Notes under the pieces: model-generated | Told to the model about the DNA's origin: nothing | The model's input: only the letters and a program-made list of their open reading frames with translations | Database searches by the model: none | Part shown: positions 38,101 to 50,674 of the stretch, one piece after another | How the letters are laid out: every line of letters begins with the position of its first letter | Position numbering within the stretch: the stretch's first letter is position 1 | Assembly (NCBI GenBank): GCA_000708835.1 | Contig: DF237283.1 | Span: forward strand, 1 to 64,000 | Origin: Klebsormidium nitens | Lineage: Eukaryota; Plantae; Klebsormidiophyceae | Direction: 5' to 3' | Length of the DNA stretch: 64,000 nucleotides | Made by a program: the position numbers and the translations under genes

Positions 38101-41100
38101 ACCGAAGAAGCTCGCTGAGGGGGGGGCGAAGAAGCTGGTGGTTGCGGGGGGGGAGGTGAAGCGGCGGGGGGAAAACCAGTATACAAAGGCCAAGCGCCTG
38201 GCGGAGGAGGCTGCGAAAGAGGCCCGGCGGGAAAAGCGGCGGGAAAAGCGGAAGGGGGAGAACCAGTACACCAAGGCGAAGAAGCTGGCGTTGCTGGCTT
38301 TGGAAGGGACGCAGTCGGACGCTCCGAAAACGGAACCGCCGGCCGGAACGAGTGCGAAACAGCCTGTGGCGGACAAAGAAGCGGACGTCAAACCGCAGGT
38401 GGTGGAGGTTGGAGGAGTTGCGCCCGCTGTGGAAGCCGCGAAACCCTCAGGGTCAGAGGCGAGGTTAGAGGCGAAACCGGAAAAGCCCCCCCGGAAGAGA
38501 GAGAACCAGTACACGAAGAGAAAGCGGTTGGCGGAGCAGGGGATCGAAGCGAAGCCCGTGCGAGCGGAGCCGCGCAGCGGCCTGCGGAGCAAAGACGGCG
38601 AGATGCCGACACTACGGAGCGGAGCGACGCCGAAGCAGGAAAAGGGGCCGAATGGGGAGCCTGTTGTGTACACGCGCCGGAAGTCTGCCAGGGGGGAAGC
38701 GAAGGCTGAGAAAGAAGGGGGGGGAAAGGAGGGGGAGTCGAGCTTGCAGCTCGTGAAAGCGGAACCCGTTGATGGAGAGCCATCGGTGCCGGTCCAGTTG
38801 AGTGGTGACGCACAAGGAGAGCCGTCGAAGGGGGAGAGTGAGGGGGTTGGCGTGGAAGTAGCAGGAGTGTCTTCCGTGACTGCTCAGGCCGAGATCGTTA
38901 GCGAGCCTCCCGCCGCGAAACAAACCGCCGAGGGGGGTGCGCCGGAAGCTGCTGGGAAGCCCCCTGCCGACAAAGAAAATGGCGCACTGCGACCCATGGA
39001 CGTGGATCTAGGCGCAAGCACCGCCGGACACGTCGGAGCTGCTGACATCACGGCTCCCCCAATTGGTACGCCCGCTGACGTCACAGCCGCCGCCCCCGAA
39101 AGCGTCCTCACTCGCGCACGAGCGGAGGCGGGCCCTGCCGACGTCAGCAGGGGGGTCCCCGTGTTAGAAGGGCGGCCGGCGAAACGGCAACGTCTGGCAG
39201 CCGCAGAAGGTCCTAGCCGGCCAGGGGGGCCAATCCTGAGGGCGAGTCAGGGGGGTGAAAGGAGAGAAAGGCGTCCGTCACAGAGCAGGGGGTTGACTGT
39301 GAGGGTGACGGAACCCCCCAAGAAGAAAGAGAGGACCCCGGAGCAGCAATTGGCGGACCGGATGGGGGAGTGCGCTTACTGGGACCTGACGTTGTCTGAG
39401 GTAAGCGCCAGCTCTAGTTGTTGACTGACAATAAATGAACCGAGATTGAGACAATCACCGAGATTGTCATCTGACCGACGTTCTATCAGAGATTGAAACA
39501 TATGACCCAGCTTAGACAGCTTGTTTTGCTTGTGACAACCTTAGGGGTGTTCTACCCCTTTGTGCCTGTTGTAAAGCCTTTTCCCTAAGGTACTTTTCCA
39601 TCGCTTCTTAATTACTGCCTTCTATTCTCCTCGACTTCATTCTTCCTTCTCTGACTACTTCTTTGGTTTTCTCGACCCCGTTCCTGATCGATGTCCTCCC
39701 CTCTGCAGCGCCTACGTCTTTTCAAGGCGCTCGCCAAGCGCGCCGCTGACGTCACCCTCTCGGACGCGGGTCAGAAGCCCGCCCCCCTGGGTTCGGACGC
39801 TGATGGCGCCCACTACTGGCTGCTGACGTGTCCTTCCGGGCCTTTGCTCCTCACTGGCAAACCCGCGCCACCCCCCCCCCCAACCCCCAAGCCTGCGTCC
39901 AATCCATCCGCACCCGCCACAAGTGGAGAAAGCAAAGACGAAACCGCCCTTCTCCTGCCGGATCTCAATGCTCAGCCGAGTCCACCAGCAGTTGAGGAGC
40001 ATCTGAAGAACACCGCTGAGAAGGGGCCCATCGAGGGGCAGCCTGTGTTAGCGCAGGGTTTAGAGACGGGCCCCAAGGCCGAGGGTTTGACACCGGCTGC
40101 ACCGTCGGCTGGGGCGGCAGCTGCAGAGGAGGTGGCAGTGTCAATGGAAGAGGACGGGGAGGCTGCTAACGCCGAGAGGCCTGTTCCGATGGACACCGAT
40201 GTCGGGGTTAAGGGGGAAGAAAGTGGGACCGCCCTAGAGACGGGATTGGAGGAACCGCAAGAAGAGAAGAAGGACGGGAGTGCGGCTGGGGGCAAGGAAG
40301 AGGAACTAGAGAAGGTGGTTACAGCGGATGGTGCTGGCGTGGTTGACGCAGTCAAAGCCGCCGAGAAGGACGGGAATGCTGAGAAAGTGGAGGAGGAGGA
40401 GATGTTGCGCAAGGGGACGTGGTCGGTCGTGACCTCTTTGGAGGAGCTGAACGACGTCAGATCTCGGGTGACGTCAGCAGACGGGGTGACGTCAGCAGAG
40501 GCCAACTTACGGGAGAAGTTCGCGGCCTGTGAGGGGAGCTTGCGTCAGGGGTTGGAGCGGGTGTTTGGACCAGAGGGGAAGCGTCCGAGAGAAGAGAAGC
40601 GGCCAAGAGAGGAGGACGAGGGCCCGTTCACATCTGGGAAGAAGCCCAGGTTGGCAGAGGAGGAACACGCCCCAGGGCAGACCCTCAGAGCAACAGACCT
40701 TCTGCTAGAACGGGAAAGAACAGCGGGGGAGACTAGAGCGGTCCCTCGGTGCGTGTGCGGGGAGCCCCTGGTGGTGCCACGTGTCCATTGCCCCTTCTGC
40801 CATTGCAGCGCCGAAAAAGGCACCCGCGCCTTTTCACACTGGTGTGACCGGCCGCACGGGTGCCTCCTCCTAGAAGAGCTGAGGCGCGTCGAGGCGTCCC
40901 CCGCAACCGGCCCCTTCGGGCTGCCAGCTGGCGCCGACCCATTGGTCGAGAGCCAGGCGGACCTCGAAGTTCTGGAGGGCCTCGAAATCGACCTCCAGGC
41001 AGTTTTCGCCGAGGGCCTGGATTACCCCGGCCTAGGGGGGGTCGCCAGCGCCCCCTTCACCAGCCTCGCGCGCTCCCCCCCGAAACGGGTGGCGCTCAAC

Positions 41101-42274
41101 CGGTTGCACCGGAGCCCCAATCCCGCGCCCTCGGAGCTCGGCCCCCCTGCCGTGCCCTTCGGTGACGCGTTCTTCAAACCCCCCCAAACTTCCCCTAAGC
41201 CGGAGGCCCCCCCCCTCCCGCACGCGCAATCCTTCCCCCAGTTCGTGCCGGGGGGGTCCGCCGCCAAACCCCCGAACCCCACCGCCCCCTTGGAGACGAG
41301 CGCATCGCTCCCCGCCGACACAAACGCGCTCGTTCCCTACAACCCGCCCCCCGCCGCCGCTGACGTCAGTGGCGGCGCCCCGAGGGATCCCTCTCCCGAA
41401 ACCCCCCGAAAGGTGGAGGATCTGCCCGCGGAAACCCTAATCTCGAAACCCCCCGGTCCCGGGAAGTGGCTCGTGGAGGGCCAGCAGCCCGCACTCGCAC
41501 GGCTCAAGATGGATCTGTTGGATATGGAAGCGGCGCTGGCGCCGCAATGCTTGGGAGGGGTGAGGGCCACCCCAGAGCGGTGCAACGCTTGGCGGGTTAT
41601 GGTCAAGAGGGCCCAGTCGGCCAAGGTAAGCGGCAGTCGCACGAGGCTTTTCATTTTGATCCCGTACTCTTGGCTAGATGGAAGCGTGGTGCCGTATCAA
41701 CGTGGAAGCGGCACGCTAAAAATCTCAGGCGCTTTTCGAGCAACCTCAAAACCTTTGGATGGTCCACTTTGAAGACGATCCGCGCATTGGTGTTGGCGCT
41801 TTGGTCAGATGGAGTTGCGATGCCACGTCCGGATCGCTTCTCGGCGTCGCTGGATGAGGGTGCAATATCCTGGAAATTCGAGCTCAAAGCTCACAAAAGA
41901 TTCTGCCAGGACGCCGATGAGAACGCCTGAACGCCCGGCTGGCCTTGCCACTTAGCCTGCATTCTAGCTTTTGTCATGACTGCATAGCATCAGGTTTCGT
42001 CGCCTCGCTCATGTACTTTACTTATTACTAACTTTGCATCTGCCGTGCTGTGCAGGAACTCGCAAACGCCGCAATCCTACTAGAGCTGATGATTCGGCCC
42101 GCTTTGATTTCCAAAGAGTGGGCCGTCATGGGGCCCCTCTCACGGGCCGTTGCCGACGGGCGCGAGGGAACAGTCGCCCAAGTGGCGCTTATGGTCCATT
42201 CTTTGGACGGTGTGATAGATTACGAGGGGCTGCAGAGTGCGAAAGAGAGCAGTAAGAGAAGAAGAGTAAGATAG
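26189..42274 (+). CDS. MBD9-like chromatin protein (~4000 aa): GATA finger, AT-hooks, split FYRN/FYRC, DDT-like, bromodomain-like, PHD, NQYTK repeats, WHIM motifs, MBD9-type C-terminus
   Basis: FYR halves IIVESFGSV...IGYRSTWKD...KPVYTVT and SSPEEAWR...FGL. PHD PKAPWEWEGCKVCGIDENDAQ|VLLCDQCSAEYHTYCLDPPLARIPDGDWLCHNC. WHIM-like YWDLTLSE|RLRLFKAL and PLGSDADGAHYW. C-terminus LARLKMDLLDMEAAL...AWRVMVK|ELANAAILLELMI. These follow Arabidopsis MBD9 in order. About 11 in-phase exons. Inclusion of the GATA exon depends on a phase-0 splice from 27811 to 28451. Confidence 0.85.
27191..27268 (+). other. GATA zinc finger (C-X2-C-X18-C-X2-C)
   Basis: [26 protein letters not shown] followed by GVYW. The spacer is 18 residues by count. 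Confidence 0.95.
32237..32279. repeat. Perfect 21-bp tandem duplication (period 22) in an intron
   Basis: CATCTCAGAGCTCTGCCGCTT at 32237-32257 and 32259-32279. Confidence 0.95.
36133..36583 (+). other. PHD finger (split by intron ~36170-36484)
   Basis: C4-H-C3 pattern: CKVC...LLCDQC...YHTYC...DWLCHNC. Confidence 0.95.
37283..38535 (+). repeat. Ten dispersed copies of a basic peptide repeat, consensus KRKGENQYTK(A/R)K(R/K)LAEE
   Basis: Counted in ORF 36488-39424: NQWTK, NQYTK, NQHTK, then 7 more NQYTK. The DNA core GAGAA(T/C)CAGTA(C/T)AC recurs. Confidence 0.95.
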
Positions 42275-44927
42275 GACGTTTTGTTGAAGCGGGCGACATT
42301 CTTTGAATAGTTCGACGAGTTAGAGAGAGCAGCGTCGTGTAACAATGCATCGATTGGGCGTGGTTATGAGGTTGTGTTCAGTATCATTCACTTGGAGGAT
42401 TTGGCTGGCAAGAGTGTGACACCAAGTATGTATTCAAAACTGCTCGGATTGGGGGTGTGAGCAAGTTGGAAGTATCTGCAAAGTAAAGAATGCGTTCGGC
42501 TTCAAAAAGATTTACGCTTGATGTGATAGAGAATGCGCGGCTCGCTGTCCAGTACAGTGGCTGTGTGGACTAGCCTGGGCCCAACGCATCATCTGGCACT
42601 GCATGCTCGTATTTCCTTCAAGAACTAGCTTGGTAGTTTGCAATTGATATTTTCAAACTCAAGACTGTTATATTAGTGACTCGCATGGTTCATATCGTGC
42701 GCGCACGTACATGCTTCATGATCATTATGGCCAGCTTGTTACCAATCAACATGTTCTTTCGTCATCGAATTGGCGCCGCGCCACACTGCAAAACTGATCA
42801 TTTATCATGCTGGTAATTCAGTGATTATATTGCTGCGAAGCTAGATTGAATCTGACACGAGCTCGACTGACGGAGCCCTGCCGCCCGGGCGGCCACAAAT
42901 GTCGACTGCTCACGATACCTCGAATGATCGCCCATGCACTGCACACATAGGCCATGCCAGGCGCGGACGGTGCCGGCTTGGCGTTATACATATATGCACC
43001 GCCCAGAGTGAGTGCATGGGCGGCTATGCAGCTTGGTGCGTTCTGCATGCACGCAATTAGAGCATTAGTGACGGCAAGTAGTGACTTACTCAAGCAACCG
43101 TTGAACAACTAAAATGTTGGGCCGATACACTGTATGCATATGCCATGTAGCAGAAGCTATACTAGACTTTTACCATTCTAACCAAGTGTACCAAGAAATC
43201 ATTAGAGTTTCGGCGTTAAGTGCAGCTTTCAATCTTAATTCGAAGCAATACCAAAATCTGGATTGCTCGTGTTTGAGGTAGGCGAATTGACAGGCTAGCA
43301 TACTGACCACATGAGGGCTGGGGGGGACGGCGAATTTGAAAGCTTACGATGCTGATTTGGGAGGGCGTGTTTGGCGGAGGGCGCTTTCGTTTCTTGATTC
43401 TTTGAAGAGAAGATCTCGCTTCTCAAAGTGGTTTTATAGCTTGCTTCGCTCACTCAAGGTTGTCTTGTCGCTCTCAATGAGCTCAGTCTGGACGTAGACG
43501 TCAATAAGGATTTGCTCGAGAGGGACGTGTTGTGAATCTCGATGACTCGCTTTCGCTCGCAACAGCTGATTTGGAAAATGTCGGGCCTTTGAGATCCACT
43601 GTGCCTACTTTGGAAGCACAGGCTTACGTACGTTTCATAGTCACATACTGATTAATACCGCCCATACTATCTGAGCTTGCTTACTACCATTTAGGAGGCA
43701 GCTCGCGTCCGACTACCGGTGCGAATGCCCATTTAAACATCAGTTTGGGCCATACAGTGCTGAATGAGTCTACTCTGCAGGGTGACACCAGACTGCAAAA
43801 CGAGCGAGTTCACCGACGGTCTAAACCCGAGACTCGAATCGAATGGCCGGAGTCTGATCGAAGAATCTTCTTCTTCTTGTTTCAATGTTCAGACTGTCTG
43901 CAGCGCTCATCGCCGGGTGGCCATGATGATTTGCGATACCACCAATCAGCTAACACGATCATCATATTGAAATAGTTCGCTATTGTGAGTATCCGACCCG
44001 TCTTTTGCATTTAACATTCGAATTTGTCCGATTCTTCCCAACCCAAAACAGACTCTTCTATGGTTAAGCGCGGACGTGGTCTCAAACAGCATGGATATCC
44101 TAAAACTTAACGAAGCATCTTTGTTCACATTGAAATGGGCAAGGAGAATTGACAACCAGACGAAGATACGCAGCACCCGCCATTTGAAGGTAATCAACCT
44201 TGGATACCTTCTGTATCAACACCCACGAACAGAAGTCTCTTGTTCGGAATCACCACTAAGAAACCTAAAGTCGGAGATGATATGTTACTTAGAAGGTCCA
44301 ATCCAAGGAGCCGCTGCTTTCTGCCCTGCATCCGAAGTCAACCTAAACCGTTATCGTGAACCCACCGATCTAGAGGGGTAACCGACTTCGTTAACGATCT
44401 CTGCTTTTAGTTCCCGTCTCAAGGTTTAAAAAGCTCCCCGCCGTCCATGCGCCGACACGTAGGCGGCTTCATCGAATGGAACGTGTCTTCAAGCGAGCCA
44501 GTCGAAAGGCAGTAGGATCAGCTGTGATCTCCGAGAAAGTCAACGACTTCAAGAAACCAAATCGGCTCAGCGTCTTTCTTGGTCGAGCCGCTGTTAGGGT
44601 CCCGCAGTTCTTCTCAAAACGAGTGCTGCCAAGAACATTGGATGGAATGATTTGCCTGCGAGCCATCTATTTGTGAATCAAACTTTGCACAGCTGTGATG
44701 ACTGAGAAGGTTTGACCGTCACAAAGTCAACGCTCCTGGGTTGGAACCGTCCTCAGCCTCTGAAACCCTTTCAGTACTGCCACAATAATTTGCCATCTCA
44801 CCCCTTTTATCTGCTATCTGCCTGTTCTACTCTCTCGTCATCTTTGTTCTCCTCCAAAAGCAATGAGGAGACTCTGCAAGATCTCCTCACAAAGTCTCCT
44901 CCGAAAAGCGCCAGTGCGCCGCCAAGA

Positions 44928-47900
44928 ATGGCGTCCGCTTTTGTTGCTTCGACCACGTGCGCCGATGCGAGACTTTCCACAGTCGCTGGGGGGCTGACTT
45001 ACCGCGATGGGAAGCTGAGGAGTGGACCCATCCAAGCGCACCAGCTTCGATCCATTCCCCTCACTAACCCCTCCTTCCAATCTACACAGATCCTACGCCA
45101 CGTGGCCGTTTCCAGGCAGCTCTCCAAGAGGTTAGGTTTCTTTGGACCGGATCCTGAAGTTGGGGGGGCATTCACATTGGGGGGAAATCCTCACAAATGG
45201 GTGCGCGGGGCGGCAGTTTCAGGAGAACCCACCAGCCGTCGATCGTACGAATCAACGGCTCTCGATGGGGCGCGCGGCCTCGCCGCTAAGAAGCGTAACT
45301 CAATCAAAGGCAAGGTAGGCAAAGTTGCTCTATCTCAGATGGAAAGGTCCGAGATTGCTTCGAAGGTTGTTAACCAGCCGCTGGGAGCGCCGTTTCAGCC
45401 CTCTCAGGGGGCTGTTCACACCGCCGACAGAAGGAGGGATCTCCGAGGTGTGAACGTGCCCGACTGGGCTGATCCAGGGGAGCCCACCTCCACTCTTGGC
45501 ATCCCCTCGCGGACGACGTTCGCGTCAGCAAAGCTGCCCACGTCAGCATGGGCGCTGGGCGAGATGATGACGTCAGCGGGAGCGCGCGACCTGGTGTCCA
45601 CCCCGCGGGGCGCCGCGCAAGCGCTGTACGCGGCGGCTCGGACGGCGTTCTTCTTCGGACAGGTGGGGTGGGGCGTCCGATAAGCGCACCTGTAAGCTCG
45701 CTGAAGGGCATTCGCCGCTGTGGCGGAAAAATACCTCCGCAGTATCATCGTGCTCCCCTTCTTGTTGCCTCCCTTTATTTGACACGACATGTTCAAGAAC
45801 GGGAAGGCACTTTTATTCGTGAAACTATTGGCCGAAACCCTTACCGGGTTGACCGCTTTGACCGAGATCGAAACCTGAGCGACTAAACCCTTACTAACCC
45901 CAGCAACTTCCCTGCCTCGAAATCGAGAATCCTTAGCCCCATGGCAAACCCTTCATCGCAAAGCTTCCAAGTGGAGAAGGACGTTCTAGTTGCCTCAAAC
46001 ATCAATTCAAGGCCCGCGATCACAATCGTTTGATTTGTGTCGGCGGCGCGGAGAGTTACCATATCGATTAAGGAATGCAAATCTCAACACGATCTTATTC
46101 GAGAACGTGGAGAGACCGTATTCCGGATACGAGATGGATCCATCTTTGTATGATAGTCGTGAGAGTGCGTAACGTTTTCTTAGAATTTCTCGTATCCAAA
46201 AGACTCGCCGCTTCTGTCCAAACCTGAAATGAACATTGTCTCATTCTTACTTGCAGACGGCTCTGGTCGGTCAGGTCCTCGGGGGGGGTTTCTTGGGGCT
46301 TCCCCACGGGGAAGATCTGCCCCCCGGGACGGCCGATGAAGTATATCGAGTTGTGACGGGCGGCATCGTGGAGTTGATCAAGATGGATGGGGAAAACGTC
46401 CGGTGAGAGCCGACGGGACCCCTGCCGGGCTCTCTGTGATTGTCGAGCTTCTCAGCCAGTCCTAGCACAGACCGGGAGTAAGCACCGGGCAGTTTCTTTT
46501 GATCGCGCTTCTCTCATGGTCCTACCTAAAAGCGGGATAAGTCTCCTCCTTTTGGAATATTCTGCCAGCTGTACCACAGACCGACGGTAATCACCGGGCA
46601 GTCTCTCCGTGTGTTCTCCCGCAGACGGGGCATCTACCGGGCACCGTACGACATGGATCCGAGACACCGCCAGTGGAGCCCCGCCTTTTGGATAGACCGC
46701 CACGAGAAGCTGCTGCAAGATCGCCGGACTTCGAGGGATATGCGTCGTCGAAACCGTAGGCTTTGAGAAACCTTTAGAGAAACGGTTTCGGTAGGTATAA
46801 TCGACTAGCGGCGTAGCTCTCAAAAAAGAATCATTTCGTTGCGTCCTGTGAGGTGGAGGACTGAGGGTTGCTGCCCCCGGGCTTGGAGGGTTGAGCGGAA
46901 AGAAACTGGAAACTAGCCTTCCGGAAAAAGATCTGGAAGACTTCGTTCTGCGCTTACCTGCCGCGTTTAAAAAGAGACGGTCTATCAGAGTCTGGCGACT
47001 AAGGAAGGGTATGATTTGAGGCGCAGCTTATAGAGCCTTTCAATATCCACCAATCTATCCTGTCTATTGGCAAGGCTTTGATTTGGTGTGATTCGTATGT
47101 GCGGCTAACATGAGTACGATTCGGGTTCACCATTTTAAACACAGTCTGACCTTCTCTTCAGTTGGAGACGCTTTCTTAGCTTCTGCTTTGCGCCTCGTGC
47201 GCTGTTGTTTCCCGATCAAGCCCAATTTGGGAGCAGTTCAGAAACAAGTCTGCCCTCAACATGACAACAGCGGCCAAAAGAAAGCTGCCAGAATCCCAAG
47301 GCTGAATGCAACGGTCCTGAGACGAGGAATATGTACAGCCCAGAAACAGTCTCAGACTGGCCCTTGTTTTACTTTTTCACAGAAACGAAAGTTCCAGGCA
47401 CCAGCGACCGGGTGCCGTAACCGGAGTATTATCTGCAGCACTTCCATTGGCAGCCCGGGGGCTGGTTAGCCGACCACTCGGCACACGTGTACGAACACAG
47501 TACCGAGGCGCTCTTCTGTGGAGCCCAGGTACGTACCGCTTCATTGGTGAAGAATATGACCACGCTTTGTTCGAATACCAGTGCGTCGAATACCTGGACA
47601 CGTGAATTGTTGGTTTTCATGAATATGTTTTCGCTCAGTTCCCCTTTTGTGTTTTGGTCGTGTTGGAAACATGCATCGAATCCGAGGAAGCGTTAGAAGG
47701 ATTTGAATGCGAGCGTAATCAAATTCCATTCACAGAAGTGGACAGGGCAACTTGCAGGATGGTCAGTGTCGATTGGACTTTCGCAACCTGTTATTCAGTG
47801 GTGAGCTTGATGGCTCGTGTGGCTCTTTCTGAAGACTTTTAAGAAAAGGGCAGTCGCGAGATAGTTGTACTGCCTGATAGAGTCGGGTTTTGAGTTACAT

Positions 47901-50674
47901 TCGTGCTCTTAAAAGTGCCCACCAACAAGGCTTAAAATCATTTGTACCCGACAGGGTGCCGACGGGAGCACAGGAGAAGCTGAGCCTTAAACAATCTTAT
48001 ATGGGCATATGAAAAGCCCGTTCGTCACCGAGCCATGCAGTTTCGAGCGCGATTCCTTGTAGCGTCTTTCGTGCATTTGCCGTTTGAGGCGACGTCTTAC
48101 AGTACGCGTCTTTGAATCCTGGTAATTTTGTGGGAAACTCGATTTAAGGGGTGTTTTTGGCTAGGCCCGCCAAAATTTCTTGCCATCTCGTCAGCACAAC
48201 TCTCGGTTTTTGCGCTCGGAAATGTTGCTCAAAGGCATTTGCTTATCAAAATGCACCATTTTTCTTGTCGCTAGAACGGAACACAACATAAAAGAGACAT
48301 GGATGTTACGAGGAAGGTTCGAGTTCCTCAAAACCGCATTCATCTTTTGAACGTAACGAAAGAGCGCGAAAGTAGAAATGTAGAGCGCGCAAACGGAAAA
48401 CCCAGAAGTTGTCCGCCCTTCATTTCCAGGACGCAATGCAGCGGCAGACCCTGGTTCCCATTCACTACTACATGCGCGGGAGGGATCCCTCTCGGACGTC
48501 CGTTTTGGACCTGGCCTGCGGCACCGGACGCTTTCTCACCTTCCTCAAGGACAACTACCCGTCCGCACGGACGTACGGGGTGAGTGTTCGTGGCTTCGAC
48601 GACGACTCCGAATGGATTGCCTTGAATCCGGGTATATCGTCGAAGATAAAAATCATATCTTGCAAACATTTGATCCTGGAGAAGCATCTTTGGAAATGAT
48701 TGCCCGTCCGAAAGTAAGGCACGGGTGAGTACCTGTTTGTCGGCAACGAAAGCTCGCCCGCTCGAAACCGTCTGTGCATAGAGAATCTTATCGAACTTCG
48801 GCTTTCGTCAAAGGGAGTTCTCGGGACGGGTTGGAAGGTGGATCAGTCCCTGAGTCTGAATTGATCAACTGGTTGTGTCGCACCATTCTACTTTGCAAGG
48901 CATCAGAGTCCAGTCACGAGTGTTACTAGCAGAATTGGCCCCATCTCTTGCAGCCTTTCTCCAACGTTATATTTTGGAACAAGTTATCCAATTAAAGGCC
49001 TGCTATCACAGGTGGATCTCAGCCCAAATTACCTGAAAGCTGCGGAGGAGAACATGGATTACTTCGAGAGTGAGCTTCCTCGGTCCATTTAAGGTCTTCA
49101 TCATTTTAGTTGTCAAAGGAAGTTTCAGAGTAAGCTGGGTCTCTTGCAACGCAGCGCTTTCACGACCTTTTTGTGAATTGCAGCCAGATCAAAGTTACAT
49201 AACAGATGCGGTCTCATCCTCGCAAGTGAACTTATAATTTTGTTGGTCCAAGTAGTAAATTTGAGGCGTCATCATCCTTTGAAAGATCGCAGATGGTGAC
49301 GTCTTCGTCGTTCCTTCCATCAGCACGAAACTTGAAACCATCAAGAGGTAACTGAGTGCTGGAGAAAATTCGACGTGCTGTCGTTCTTGCAGGATTTGAC
49401 ATGCAAGTCAACGGCTTCCGAAAGCTGTCGCGGCCTCGCTATATCCAGGCTAGCGCAGAAAGCCTTCCATTTGGGGACAGATCCCTGGACGTAGTAAGTT
49501 GCATCCGATTGAACGGGCATGTTCTTATCCCTCCTCAGTCCAGCACACTTACCATTATGTTTGCAGCCAGATTGGTTCCCCATTCAATTGTTTGTCCTAG
49601 GAACTAAAAATTTACATTCCTCGAACACTACAGAAGCAAGTGTCCCGAGGCGGCCGAATTTTACGCAGTCTTCGATATAATCAAAGTGAAAGGATCAGTA
49701 TTACGAAGGTTGCAAATGGTTCAAGTCACCGAGCCATACGAGCTGCCCATCGTTTAAAGATGTGCAATCAGGACATAAGCGAAGGACGATCACATGGTCA
49801 ATCTCGGACTAGTATGGGTATCTTTGGGGAAGTTACTAGGGCGGGTACACATGCGGAACAGTTAGACTCGAGTTGGGAGAGTAGTGTAGGTCTACAATCT
49901 ACAAACTTATGAGTCATTCCAAAACTGGAAATCGTTTTTGTCAAGGTTACGTGCGTCTATCTCTTTCACGAGCTTCCCCCGGAGGCGCGCCGCGCGGCCA
50001 TCGCGGAGGTTTCGAGGGTTCTTGAACCGGGCGGCATCTTCGTCTGGACAGACTCACTCCAGGTGAGCGGTTAATACAGGAAGTTTTGGCTGCTAACCAG
50101 GCTCTCTACCAGAGGGTTATTGGATAAGTAATCGGGGTTTATCCTTGATCAGCGGCTGGTCAACGCCCAAGTCTGGCTACTGGACATGTAACCAGTTTCT
50201 AAACAGCCCAGAACCGTCCTTGGTTGAGGGCCAGTTAAACTTCTGGGTAAGGCGATACACACGAAGCGCTTGCTAAGTGAGGTAAATATGGTGTCAGATC
50301 TCGCTTCTCTTTTACAAATCAGGTTCACACAGGGTCATTTCGATCTGGAACGGCCCTGGGAAAACACCGTAACGTTTTCTTGCAATTGTTGCGACTCACA
50401 GTATAATCATATTGCGAGCTGTGGAATTGGGTCTCGTTCGTGAACGCTCCAAAAACTGCATCGAAAGCTGACGTAAGCACGTATCTTGGTGCGCCCAACC
50501 GGACGTCTTCTTGTGCAGGAGGGAGACCGTCCAGAGAGCGCGCCGGTGGCGGCGCTGTTCCGCGCGCTGTTTCACGAGCCGTACTTCGCGAGCTTTCTGC
50601 GCGCGGACTTTGAGGGGATGTGCGCGGCCGCGGGGCTCGCGCACGAGGCCACCATCCTGGCCCATCTCTCCAAG
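44928..50674 (+). CDS. Class I SAM-dependent methyltransferase (cyanobacterial/algal type with YPxYY..FHxQ..GW motif), probably plastid-targeted; contains an in-frame TAA; 3' end uncertain
   Basis: Exons: 44928-45662 (Ser/Ala/Arg-rich N-terminus), 46257-46402, 46626-~46755 (GIYRAPYD), 47389-47508 (PEYYLQHFHWQPGGWL), 48430-48580 (VLDLACGTG, motif I), 49011-49070 (VDLSPNYL), ~49393-49492 (AESLPF), ~49946-50061 (VTCVYLFHELP...RVLEPGG), 50518-~50674 (FHEPYF). Confidence 0.85.

Noticed and set aside
8184-41654. Many long antisense or alternate-frame ORFs overlapping the large exons (e.g. 10313-11236, 29977-31161, 32588-33721, 37053-38186)
   Set aside because: These are expected shadows of GC-rich, low-complexity coding sequence. 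They show no recognisable domains.
43430-44700. Possible small minus-strand gene (e.g. LLRAKASH...EQILIDVYVQTELIESDK*)
   Set aside because: No consistent multi-exon model or recognisable motif could be built.
45825-45900. Telomere-like AAACCCT fragments (also ~6560-6590)
   Set aside because: Isolated imperfect copies with no tandem array.
47418-47420. TAA/TAG reassignment as in some ulvophyte algae
   Set aside because: TAA serves as a normal terminator elsewhere in the window. The known algal reassignment is to Gln, not Tyr. Only one case is seen.
15790-50674. COQ8 plus a UbiE-like methyltransferase as a quinone biosynthesis cluster
   Set aside because: They are ~21 kb apart with an unrelated gene between them and have different predicted compartments. 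The methyltransferase lacks clear COQ5/COQ3 signatures.
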